Below are positions 1 through 10,829 of a DNA stretch of 64,000 nt, piece after piece. Every line of letters starts with the position of its first letter. The first letter of the stretch is position 1. Made by a program: the position numbers and the translations under genes. The stretch comes from Takakia lepidozioides (taxonomy: Eukaryota > Plantae > Bryophyta). The notes under the pieces were generated by a model. It was not told where the DNA came from. It saw only the letters and a program-made list of their open reading frames with translations, and did not search any database. The stretch lies in NCBI GenBank assembly GCA_030704615.1, contig CM060733.1:19654001-19718000 (forward strand), read 5' to 3'.

Positions 1-5
1 CTTAC

Positions 6-2510
6 CCGGATCAGCTTGAAAGAACCCATTTGATAATGGTCTGACCATTTTTGCACTGCCAAAGTCGCACAGTTTCAGGTGCCCATCTGTTGTAAAAAGC
101 AAATTCTCTGGCTGCCACCCAAGGATGTAGCTGTTCATTGGCAAAGAAATTTGCGGTATAGGGATGAAAGAGTAGAGAGGAAAGCTTTGCAAAGGGCAAA
201 GAGTGATGTAAGCCCTTTATAGGCTTTCTATGTTGCTTGTTTGCTAACAAACAGATACCATAAGTGCTTCTTCAGGCTTCTTGCCCTCTAATTCCAGATG
301 CATCTTTCCCAACTGCACAAAAGAGCATTTCAGGAAAAATCAACTGATTCTGGTCTTGCTGGCACCATAGACGCTCTCTCTCTATAAAGTTTCTTTCTTT
401 CTTTCTCTGGAAGACTGATTCTATTCTTCCATTTCTGTAGTTCTAAGTTATTTTGGCCTCCCCGCATCAGTAATAGACTTATTTCTTCTAGCTTCTCCTT
501 CTCTCTGGATGTAAGTACATTTCTCTCTCTTCCTCGCCAACTAGTGTTTTCTCGTTAGTGGTGGGTTCTTGTCCTGGCTTACTGTTGACTTCATACAATT
601 CGTTCATTTCTTCCTTTCTCTCTTATTGAGGATAAAGCTGTAATAACCCAAATTGACCTGTAGACAGAAAACCTTTCAGCCTCGGACCATCAAGCAACAG
701 CTAGTCACAAACCAGAATTCGGTAGTAGAAAACACCACCAGGTGTGCTTAGCCAAGTGGAAAAAGTGCTCTTCTTTTTCCCATCATCAAGCAACCAGATT
801 CCCCAAAGAGGAAGAGCTTACCTTGAGATCACGGTGAATCACACCACTGTGCTTAGCCAAGTGGAAAAAGTGATCATCAAGCAACCAGATTCCCCAAAGA
901 GGAAGAGCTTACCTTGAGATCACGGTGAATCACACCTTGGCCATGAATGTACTCCAAAATGTCAATTATCTCTGCTGCATAAAACCGTGCATCTTCTATC
1001 GACATTTGTCCTTTCTGCGAAAAACATGAGAGTGCGGAACTCATCTTCCACATTTGCCATTACGGAGAAGACATCCATACAGTTGTGCATCTACCTGACA
1101 GGTTTTCAAACTAGGGCTCACTATGGTCCTTAGGAATGCTTCGTCTAGAGTGTGATGTTCCTCCTTACACGGCTGTTAAGACGTCCATGTGCTATGCCAA
1201 AAGTTAGTATGCAGGAGTACTGATCTACCAGGCTTAAATCTTGCCTTGTCCAGCACCAGCAACATATAAAACACAACACAAGACATGGCTTCAAGTAATA
1301 CATAACAAATGCATCTGGCAGGATAAGTTATCAGACAGCACTGGCACGGAACTTCACCATGCAGTTGTTCTATGAAAGTTCCAGGTAACAACACGATCTG
1401 TGTGCAACGCGTCACCACCATGGTAGTGCAGTCATCCCTGGTACCTAACATGTGCTTGTAGTAACTCTGCTTCACAAACCTAAACTTTGACTCAATCATT
1501 GTGATTGCCAAACTCAAAGTGGGCCATGATATCATAATGTGTCAAGCTTCCAGGGTGGACTGCCCCGACTCAGGATAACCATGCAGCTGAAAACAATGGA
1601 ACCCTTCCAATTTTAGAGGCTTGAAGAGTAGCACGGTTGTCAGGCTAAAGTGAAAAAGGCCACATGACCTCTCCACCACTCCAAAATGAAGTGACATACC
1701 CTCCTTATCTGGTCGAATAATTCCCCGCCATTGCAGCATTCAAGCCCCATGTCTGTGGTGTTTTCAAGTCAAGGGTTCTCATCACGGGCTGCACTCCAAG
1801 GCTTTCTTGGTTTGAACAATCAGCTATGCTTTTTCTCACAAGTATCATGCTTCTGCCCAGAACCACAATACATTATGGCCCAGCTTATTTAAGACAATTA
1901 CCAAACTATCACTAAGCATAAGGAAGGTCGTCAATCAATTGTGGCAAACCATCAAGTGAGAACTACTGTACATCCTAGAACTGAAAGAAATCTGGCTGTC
2001 TCAACAAGAGAGGAATAAAGAGGATACAAAGAAAGTATGTGTCTTGGAATGTGAAGTAGAGGCGGATTACACCTGGAAAATCGAGCTGGTCCAATATCAT
2101 CCGCTCCATCTTGACATATTTCACTTTGTTCTCTCGAATTATGTGTTTCTTGTCCATCATTTTCAAGGCATAGACTTCGCCAGTATCGTTCTGTTTGACT
2201 TTCACCACCTGCTTCCGTAAGGACTTCTTGTTAAAAGAAATCATTCTATCTCCACTATACACCTCCAGGACAAATATTGGTGCCCTTCTAGTGTATCCTT
2301 CCAGCTAGCTCTCATAACTGCAATTTGATGGTCCATGCAAATTGACGTCCCTCCCCTTTGCCCCTCAAAATTGTTGTCTTTGCCTGCTCTGTGTGTGTGG
2401 TGATGTCTGAATGTGGGCAGAATAGTGACAAGGGAACAAGGGTGTCATCCAGCAAAGGAACAGATTTTCTCGTTTGCAAGTGGTTGAAATAGACTTGATA
2501 GAAGACCTCC

Positions 2511-2597
<87 letters not shown>

Positions 2598-3037
2598 CGA
2601 ACAAAACCCTGAACCCCACAAAAGGGCTCCCAGCGTTAGTTTCCCGTAAGGTCAATCGCAGTAAGGCTATGGCAAGCCCATGATCGCAGGGAACGGCATT
2701 AGTACATTCTCTCTCCGACAACCAGTCCTACCCCTTCCCCTTTCTCAAAGTCAGTATTGACAGTCTCATGCATCCACCTCCACAGGATGAAGTGAATAGT
2801 GCGGATCTTACGTCCACAGTAAGGTATTCATTGGATTGCAGATTATCCTTTGTCCACAATAAGATTTGCAGTCGGGAAGGAAAGGCCAAGAGAGATGATT
2901 TCCTTTACCTTTGAGTACGATCCCAACCCCAACAGTTTGCCATACAAAAAGTCATTAGGAGTGACTGCTGCCTGTGGTGCGCGCATGGTTGGCCTCCCAG
3001 CCCCATTATTGCTGCTTCCATCCGTAGATCCAGCCAT
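6..3037 (-). CDS. PDK1: 3-phosphoinositide-dependent protein kinase 1, 5' part (gene continues off the left edge)
   Basis: Five in-frame GT-AG exons: 3037-2909 (MAGS...MRAPQ...[15 protein letters not shown]), 2208-2028 (VVK...[24 protein letters not shown]...RLYFTFQD), 1752-1700 ([18 protein letters not shown]), 1014-913 ([16 protein letters not shown]...IHRDLK), 111-6 ([21 protein letters not shown]). Matches the plant PDK1 kinase N-lobe and catalytic loop. Confidence 0.93.
743..936. repeat. Tandem duplication (~90-105 bp) of the PDK1 exon-4 3' end plus donor site
   Basis: tgtgcttagccaagtggaaaaagtg...atcatcaagcaaccagattccccaaagaggaagagcttaccttgagatcacggtgaatcacacc occurs at ~743-845 and ~848-936. 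Confidence 0.9.
2516..2593. repeat. (CT)n microsatellite in PDK1 intron 1
   Basis: Uninterrupted TC run of about 78 bp. Confidence 0.98.
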
Positions 3038-3956
3038 GTCTCAGTACTCGGATTTCAAACCACTTTCTAACCCTCGGCTATGAACGGGGTTCACGGCTAG
3101 TGGTTTGACTGATTACAAGAGCAGTGAACGAACCCATTCTAAGAGCGACAAATCCAATCAATCATTGGGTAGTTGAGACAGGCTGAGTGAGTCACAACGC
3201 CAACGAAGCAGGCAGTGTGCGCCTGGCAAATGCAGAAATCCAGAGAGAATCCGTCCATAGCAAGGAACCAGTTGACGGAGGAGCGAGAAGACACCCAAAA
3301 GAGAACAATGTATCATGCGGACTCAATTTCCACAACGCCAAGAAGAATGCAGCTTCCATGGAGGATTGAACAGACGGCATGCCCAATCCGCTAAGATCTG
3401 CTGAGATCGCTGACACAGGAGGAGCAGAGAGCTAGAGAGAGGGAGAATGGTAAACCAGAAGAGACAAGAATGGTGCCTTCAAAGTCCTCGAGTTTCCCCG
3501 TTACAGTAAAAGAAAAAGAGAACACCCCCACCATCCTGGTCCCACAGCAGAATACACAGACTTTCTACCAAGAGACTTCTCAAAAGCACATGATTTGCAG
3601 CTATCCCCACTTTGGCCCAAGGATTGCTTTCTTCCTTCCTTCCTTCCAAACACAAACACCGTTCCGAGTATGTGAATCTACTCTAACCTACTGCAGATTC
3701 AGCATTGCAGTCAAGGAGTGTTCCCCAGCCATGTGGTAGACATGTGGGAGTCATGGATTCGCTGCAAGAGCTCTGATCGATCACTGGGCGAGGCTTGCAG
3801 CTTCTCATATCTCCCTTTTTGTTGGAGATAAAAAGAAGCCACAAAAGGGGGAAAATTTCTATTTACATCAGCTCAATCCGACCAATATCCAGGACTCAGC
3901 CTAGTCATAATCACGCTTTATTAAAGTGTTGACCTCAAAACTATATTGACCAACAG

Positions 3957-4215
3957 TCAGTAGCTCAGTTGGTTAGTGCACTGAGGTGCTACCCAGATGC
4001 TTCTGGGGTCAAATCCTACTAATCTGGCGGGTGTGGTATCTTCTCCACCTTCCCTGGGCGGCGTCCCATATCTCAGCCGCCATGGCACGTTTACTGTGAA
4101 AGAGGTTACTTAGATATAACATCTATAACTTCATCGATGTATGTCGATCGTCACGACTCAGTTGGGTGGGTAGTGCACTGAGTGCCCCCAAGGTGATGCC
4201 GGGCTCGATTCCTTC
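3957..4215 (+). mobile_element. tRNA-derived SINE-like sequence, two degenerate heads in tandem
   Basis: A-box TAGCTCAGTTGG (3961) with B-box-like GGTCAAATCC (4007). Second head GACTCAGTTGG...TAGTGCACTGAG (4155) with GGCTCGATTCC (4202). No clean cloverleaf. Confidence 0.55.
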
Positions 4216-4787
4216 TACTTGCCCTACTTGAGTTGTGAGTGACATTATAGTATCATGATACTATCCAGTGTTTTCAGGATAAGTGGGTTTGTTTTTGTTT
4301 TTTTAGAACAGGGTTTTTTTAACTTTTATTTAATTATCCTGGTTAGCAGACTTTTGAACGACCCTTTTACCCTCCAGGTCCGGATAAAATGCTATTTGAT
4401 TTGAATTCTAACGACGACCGAAGGTCGGAACCTAGTTAAGCGTAGAGCAGGAATGGGGTGCCATAGTGCCATGTCATCGTCGCCACGTTTCGTAGCCACG
4501 TGTCATCGTCAGTTTTTATGAAACGTGACCGGTCTGCCCGAAAAAAAAACCGAAAAAAAACCGGGATAGGTGTGCGCGGGGAAGGGATGACGATGGCCCC
4601 GCGCGAGAGTGTTTAGCAATTGAAGAGTATTGTGCTTGTATACTTTGAAAGTGTTGATGATCGCAGGGATTTGTCCATCCTGCAAATGTGGGCTCCTGGC
4701 TCCTGTTAGTACCATGATTTGGCATTCTTCCTGATGTTTACAAGGTTCTTGAGAGTCAGCTTGGTCTTAGCAGACCGTGTTTCAATC

Positions 4788-5007
4788 TCTGCCTGCTCAG
4801 CTGCACCGTGGTGGTTCTCACAGACCAATCCGACATTACCTGTCTGCCTGCTCAGCTGCACCGTGGTGGTTCTCACAGACCAATCCGACATTACCTGTCT
4901 GCCTGCTCAGCTGCACCGTGGTGGTTCTCACAGACCAATGCGACATTACCTGTCTGCCTGCTCAGCTGCACCGTGGTGGTTCTCACAGATTAATCCGACA
5001 TTACCTG
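4788..5007 (+). repeat. Minisatellite, 4 x 55 bp, each unit containing a candidate 3' splice site
   Basis: Unit tctgcctgctcagctgcaccgtggtggttctcacag|accaatccgacattacctg at 4788, 4843, 4898, 4953; near identical. Confidence 0.95.
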
Positions 5008-5351
5008 CCTACAGACACAAGCAGCACACACAAAAGGTCCTTTTGGGTTGATGGTCAGTTAAATCCTCCATGGGTCATGACACAAGGTCAAGGACAATGT
5101 GGTGAGGGCTCCTTCTTCTTCAACCTATTTCTGCCTGTTTTTCCCTCTCATCAGACTCGGCCCTGAGATGCATATTGAATTCTGTAAGTTGGCTCGTTGG
5201 GTGGATATGTGGTGGTTTGGAGTGACTTTGACAAGTTACTGCCGATGTGGCAGCAGGGAAGTATCCAAAAACAGATAACAGAGATGAGGAGAAGCTTTGG
5301 AATGAACACTTTTCCGACCCCAGTCAATGGTGGGACAATGGAGACAAAAAG
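4989..5351 (+). other. Upstream exons of the PPR-DYW gene encoding OSB-type PDF-motif halves (exon A 4989-5101 with apparent frameshift; exon B ~5236-5351)
   Basis: Exon A: INPTLPAYRHK/(frameshift)/KRSFWVDGQLNPPWV...G|gtgag. Exon B: RDEEKLWNEHFSDPSQWWDNGDKK|gtgaat, phase 0, compatible with phase-0 acceptors at 5652/5653 or 5691/5692 of the PPR ORF. Both exons and the intron between them are homologous to 19479-19860. Confidence 0.7.
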
Positions 5352-5637
5352 GTGAATGCTTGTTGGACTACAGAGAGAAGCAGATGCAATTCAGAATTGG
5401 AACTACTGTAATAAGTAGGGTTGGGGTGTTTGCTGGAAGAACTTCACGCCGTCAGTGTCAGCTGCTAGCAGCAAGTATTCATGATTTGTAACTCTCAGTA
5501 AGAAATGAAGGATTAAAGTATATGTTGCAGGCCACTTTTGCTGTCCCGCACTAACCAGGGTTCATGTGGCTAATGATGCAATACCATGCAGATGTGCCGC
5601 CAAGTGGTCCTGTCAAATCACCCAGATTTCACAGAGA

Positions 5638-8600
5638 ATGAATACTTTTCAGGATGGACAGGATGGGAAGAGTACACTGTTGTTCCTACAGGATCCACAA
5701 TCAGCCTGGCTTGCAGGACTGACAGAGGAAGTTGGCAAGAAGTCTTCTGGTGTTTGTGGGGATGTGAGAACACTGTGTAAGGGAGGACGACTGAAAGAGG
5801 CACTGCACATTTTGAACCACCGAGCCATTTCGGTAGACCCCAATACTTACGCCTGTCTCTTGCATGAATGCATCAACAGGAGGGCGCTGGTAGAGGGAAA
5901 GCAAGTGCATGCCCACATTAAGCAAAGTGGATTCAAGCCAGATATATTCCTTAACAACAGCCTTGTCAACATGTATGCCAAGTGTGGGAGTGTGGTGGAT
6001 GCACGGCATGTGTTTGACAAAATGCCTGAGCGAGATATCTTTTCATGGAATATAATTATATCAGGCTATGTCAAGCATGGGTGTGGTAGGGAGGCTTTCA
6101 ACATCTATAAGGAAATGCAATCGAAAGGGTTGACACCCAACAAGGTCACTTTTATTTGTGTTCTGAATGCATGTGCCAGCCTGGGAGCACTGGAAGAAGG
6201 CAGAGAGGTCCATGCTGACATCATGAAAGTGGGAATCACGTCATACATAAATTTAGAGAATACCCTTGTTGATATGTATGCCAAATGTGGGAGTATAAAT
6301 GATGCACGTCAGGTGTTCAACAATATGGCTCAACAAAATGTGGTCTCCTGGAGTGCGATGATCGGTGGATATGCTCAGCATGGGTACAGTGTGGAGGCTT
6401 TCAAGATGTATGAGCAAATGATACAGAAAGGGGTGGCACCCAACAAGGTCACGTACATTTCTGTTTTAAATGCATGTGCCAGTGTGGCAGACCTAGAAAA
6501 GGGAAAAGAGGTACATGCTGACATCATCAAAGCTGGAATTGCATCGTACATAAATCTAGATAATACCCTTGTGGACATGTATGCCAAATCCGGGAGTATA
6601 AAGGATGCACGTCGAGTGTTTGACAAAATGGCTGGACGAAATGTGGTGTCGTGGAGTGCAATGATTTCAGGATATGCGCAGCATGGGTGTAGCAGGGAGG
6701 CTTTTGAGCTGTATGAGCAGATGATATGGGAAGGGGTGATGCCCAACAAGGTTAGCTTCCTTGGTGTTCTCAAGGCGTGTGCCAGCCCGGCATATCTGCT
6801 AAAGGGCATAGAGGTCCATGATCACATAATTCAAGCTGGAATTGTGCCAGACACTACTCTGGAGACTGCGCTTACTGACATGTATGCCAAATGTGGGAGC
6901 ATGAAGGATGCACACAAAGTGTTTGATAATATGGTGCATAGAAATGCAGTGTCATGGAATGCAATGATTGGAGGATATGCTGAGCAGGGGTGTAATACGG
7001 AGGCTTTTGAGATGTATGAGCAAATGATACAAGAAGGGGTCATGCCCAACAAGGTCACATTTATTTCTGTCCTCGATGCATGTGGCAGCCTATGTGACCT
7101 TGGAAAGGGCATGAAGGTCCATGCTGACATCAGGATAGCTGGAATTGTGCCAGATATAATATTAGAGACTGCCCTTACTGACATGTATGCTAAATCCGGG
7201 AGCATTAAGGATGCGCATCAAGTGTTTGACAATATGGCCCAACGGGATGTGGTCTCATGGAGTACGATGATTGCAGGATATGCTCAGCATGGGTGTGGGA
7301 GGCAGGCTTTCCAGATGTATGAGCAAATGATAGGGGAAGGGGTGATGCCTAACAGAGTCACGTTCCTATATGTCCTTAACGTGTGTTCGAACCTGGTAGA
7401 CTTGGAGAAGGGCAAACAGGTCCATGCTGACATCTCCAAAGCTGGAATTCTGCCAGATATCATTTTGGAGACTGCTCTTGCGCATATGTATGCCATAGGT
7501 GGGAGCATAAAGGATGCACGTCAAGTGTTTGATAATATGGGTAAACGAGATGTGGTCTCATGGACTGCAATGATCATTGGATATGCTCAGCATGGGTATC
7601 TTTGGGAGGCTTTTGAGATCTATGAGCAAATGATACGGGAATGTGTGACACCTGACAAGGTGACATTCATTTGTGTTCTGAATGTGTGTGCCAGCCTTGC
7701 TGTCCTGGAAAAGGGCATTGATGTCCATACTCACATTATCAAAGCTAGAATTGTGCCAGATATTGTTCTGGAGACTGCCCTCGTTGATATGTACTCCAAA
7801 TGCGGGAGCACAAAAGATGCCCAACAAGTATTCGATACGATGGCTAAAAGGGATGTGATCTCATGGACAGCAATGATCTCAGGATATGCTCAGCATGGGT
7901 GTGGTAGGGAGGCCATCCAACTATTTGAAGAAATGCAACAAGAAGGCTTGAAGCCTGACAGTATTGCATATATATCTCTTCTCTCTGCATGTAGCCATGT
8001 GGGCCTAGTGGACGAAGGCCATCATTATTTTGATTCCATGAGTCAACATCATGGCTTCACTCCTACAGTGGAGCATTTTGGCTGCATGGTTGACCTTCTC
8101 GGACGTGCAGGCCGACTGGCTGAGGCAGAGGACTTCATTAACAAAATGCCAGTCGAACCAGGTCCTTCGGTGTGGGGGGCCTTACTTGGTGCCTGCAGAG
8201 TTCATGGCGATGTGGACCTAGCAGAACGTGCGGCAAAATACCTTCTCAAGTTCAATCCACAGGACCCTTCCACCTATGTGCTGCTATCAAATATCTATGC
8301 TGCAGCTGGCAGGTGGGAGGATACAGCAAAGGTGAGAAAAATGATGGAGGAGAGAGGTGTCAAGAAGGAGCCAGGGTGTAGTTGCATTGAGGTCAACAAG
8401 GAGGTGCATACATTTGTTGTGGAAGACAAATTGCATCCTCAAATTGAGGAAATCCATGCTGAGCTGAAGAGATTATCTGGGCGGATGAAGGAGGCTGGGT
8501 ATGTGCCTGACACCCGCTTCGTATTACATGACGTTGAAGAGGAACAAAAGAAATTTTATCTTTGCCACCATAGTGAGAAGCTCGCCATTGTTTTTGGGTT

Positions 8601-8778
8601 GATCAGCACCCCCCCTGGGACGCCTATTTGTGTCATCAAGAACCTTCGGGTGTGTGGTGACTGCCACACAGCAACAAAGTTTATCTCAAAGATTGTTGGG
8701 CGAGCAGTTGTTGTACGGGATGCCAGCCGCTTTCACCACTTCCAAGGTGGGATTTGTTCTTGTGGGGATTACTGGTGA
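5638..8778 (+). CDS. PLS-class pentatricopeptide repeat protein with E1-E2-DYW deaminase domain (organellar C-to-U editing factor)
   Basis: Stop-free ORF 5566-8778 (first ATG 5638; the true 5' end is probably spliced). About 23 repeats, (L-S-P)x7-L2-S2, then WGALLGAC E1, PG box PGCSCIEV, HSEKLA, CGDCH and terminal DYW. Confidence 0.97.
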   Translation: MNTFQDGQDGKSTLLFLQDPQSAWLAGLTEEVGKKSSGVCGDVRTLCKGGRLKEALHILNHRAISVDPNTYACLLHECINRRALVEGKQVHAHIKQSGFKPDIFLNNSLVNMYAKCGSVVDARHVFDKMPERDIFSWNIIISGYVKHGCGREAFNIYKEMQSKGLTPNKVTFICVLNACASLGALEEGREVHADIMKVGITSYINLENTLVDMYAKCGSINDARQVFNNMAQQNVVSWSAMIGGYAQHGYSVEAFKMYEQMIQKGVAPNKVTYISVLNACASVADLEKGKEVHADIIKAGIASYINLDNTLVDMYAKSGSIKDARRVFDKMAGRNVVSWSAMISGYAQHGCSREAFELYEQMIWEGVMPNKVSFLGVLKACASPAYLLKGIEVHDHIIQAGIVPDTTLETALTDMYAKCGSMKDAHKVFDNMVHRNAVSWNAMIGGYAEQGCNTEAFEMYEQMIQEGVMPNKVTFISVLDACGSLCDLGKGMKVHADIRIAGIVPDIILETALTDMYAKSGSIKDAHQVFDNMAQRDVVSWSTMIAGYAQHGCGRQAFQMYEQMIGEGVMPNRVTFLYVLNVCSNLVDLEKGKQVHADISKAGILPDIILETALAHMYAIGGSIKDARQVFDNMGKRDVVSWTAMIIGYAQHGYLWEAFEIYEQMIRECVTPDKVTFICVLNVCASLAVLEKGIDVHTHIIKARIVPDIVLETALVDMYSKCGSTKDAQQVFDTMAKRDVISWTAMISGYAQHGCGREAIQLFEEMQQEGLKPDSIAYISLLSACSHVGLVDEGHHYFDSMSQHHGFTPTVEHFGCMVDLLGRAGRLAEAEDFINKMPVEPGPSVWGALLGACRVHGDVDLAERAAKYLLKFNPQDPSTYVLLSNIYAAAGRWEDTAKVRKMMEERGVKKEPGCSCIEVNKEVHTFVVEDKLHPQIEEIHAELKRLSGRMKEAGYVPDTRFVLHDVEEEQKKFYLCHHSEKLAIVFGLISTPPGTPICVIKNLRVCGDCHTATKFISKIVGRAVVVRDASRFHHFQGGICSCGDYW

Positions 8779-10829
8779 AACAAGCAATGTTCATGTAAGC
8801 CAGTGCATCTGAGAATGAGGGTGGAATGGTCATAATTTGTCATATAATTTCAAGAGAAATGGTGATGCATCTGTATGTTTGAAAGCGGAAGTCAGATGTG
8901 GACTGGACACCTCATCCGGACTCTCCGCAGGGCGGCCCAGACTCCGTGCAAATGGTCTCAGCCGGTTCACTGGTGATTCATCCCCAATGCAAAGTCTGAG
9001 AAAGCTTACGACATGCCTTCCATAGTCAAAAAAATTGCAATTAGATCGGCGAAAAAACACCATTGAGGGAAACTCTAAACCCAAAGGGCAGACCACTTCA
9101 GCCTTCCATCCCAAACAATCATCATATTCGCAAACAGGTGAAGATGCAAACAAAGCTGCAAGTGTGATCACAATAAAACCAGAAAAACGCTGATGAAATG
9201 CACCTAACGAACCATATTGGAAGTTGAGGGCAATCTGGCTGTAATCCGGCGCAGTCACAAATGACTTCATTGAAGAGAGTTTGTTGTGGAGCATGGGTGC
9301 TCAACCCTAACACCTTCTCCCTGGCAATCCTCAATAATGGTATCCCAGGCTGGTCTGGTCATATTGACGAGCAAAACCTTAACTCAATATCCACCCAAGT
9401 AGGTTATGCGCATGGCTATAATGTTCTTTCATATCAGTCGGGTATGGTTCTTCATACCATTACTCATACCCTTACTACATACATAGGTCTGACCACACCG
9501 ATTCAACACTGGTTACAATGTTTTTTTTTTGTTTTTTTTGTTTTTTTTACACCACGTTTATATACAACCCATGCACCAAATTTGCAATTTAGCATGTACA
9601 CCTATTATGGTGACTTGTGAACCACTCAAATTACTCCATGTAGATGAGGTCTATTGAAAATTGTTCCGACTACAAGAAGATGGGGCACATGAAGAGCTTT
9701 CCAATGGTACCTTGATCTTCTAAAGTGGTTACAATACCAAGTTCTGAAGAACAACCTGACTCAGGGTCAGTGTTTTTTTTTTGGCGAAAACAAAAAAGTA
9801 AAATAGAATATTCTGTCGTAAATTCCCAGCGCAAATTTTTATAATAATGGATGAAAGTACAAGGAGGATGATTCTATACAAATTTCAATGGATGAACAGA
9901 ATATATAGCTATTTCTTGTAAAACTTAATAGCCACTGAGCACTCGTGCTATTTTTCAGATTGTTTTAGGAAAAACCTCAGTCTGCCTGAGGTTCTTGTGA
10001 AATCTTGTACCGTCACCTTATTGGGTGTGTTATAAAGCTTTTAAGTACAGAGTTCATGATAGACAGACAGACACATTTTCTTGTTGTGGAGATGATAACA
10101 TTGATCTAGGTAGGGCCAATGGTGAAATCACCAAGGCTTGTCTCTCTGAAATTTTATACGATAAAATAAATGACAGGAATCTTTTCCAAATTATATGGGA
10201 ATGGGACCGGATTCCACTTTGTCAAGCATATTTGAGCCGGATGAGATAAGGTGGGTACTAAGCTCTCAAAAACTTGGATGGTTTTTTGTTTTTTCCTGTC
10301 ATTCCACCCAATAGCTGCTAAATTTTCTATTGAAAGCCTTGTAGCCATGGCAAGACTACCAAAATTCTGCTATAAAAGTTTCTAAACAGAAATAATAGCC
10401 AAAACATATATTTTGGCTAAACCCCTCCAATAGCCATAGTAACATTTCCGAAATATTTCATTAACCCTTAAACCACAATCACCATAAATAGCATACCTTC
10501 ATGGATAAGGGTATAACTTTTTAACCCCAATCATCCATGGGGATGAACCTTATACTTATGTGGATTATGTGCATATCTACTACATCCATGTCATGTCAAA
10601 AGTGTAGGCAATTTGACCATTGGAATTGGGAGATTATAACAAAATAATGTGCCCCAATTTGAAAAAATATCTTAAAATTGCATGGGAAAAATGGTTTGAC
10701 CACTAAATTCAAGTGTCGAGTTGAATTTTTCTGAGGCAGATGGCCTCCATAATATGCACCCAAGGGACTCTCTCCCCAAAAAGCAAACCAAATTCCAGAA
10801 ATTGATATAGACTCCTTTGTATGTTAAAG

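Noticed and set aside
2365-2721. ORFs with poly-ER / poly-SL
   Set aside because: Translations of the intronic (CT)n microsatellite.
3957-4030. Functional tRNA gene
   Set aside because: A/B boxes present, but I could not fold a proper acceptor and anticodon stem; treated as SINE-like.
4788-5007. CRISPR-like array
   Set aside because: Units are contiguous and near identical with no unique spacers; eukaryotic context, no cas genes.
8830-9620. ORFs downstream of the PPR gene
   Set aside because: No recognisable motifs or consistent splice structure.
9640-10820. Possible non-autonomous DNA transposon
   Set aside because: AT-rich and TE-like in texture, but I could not identify TIRs or TSDs.
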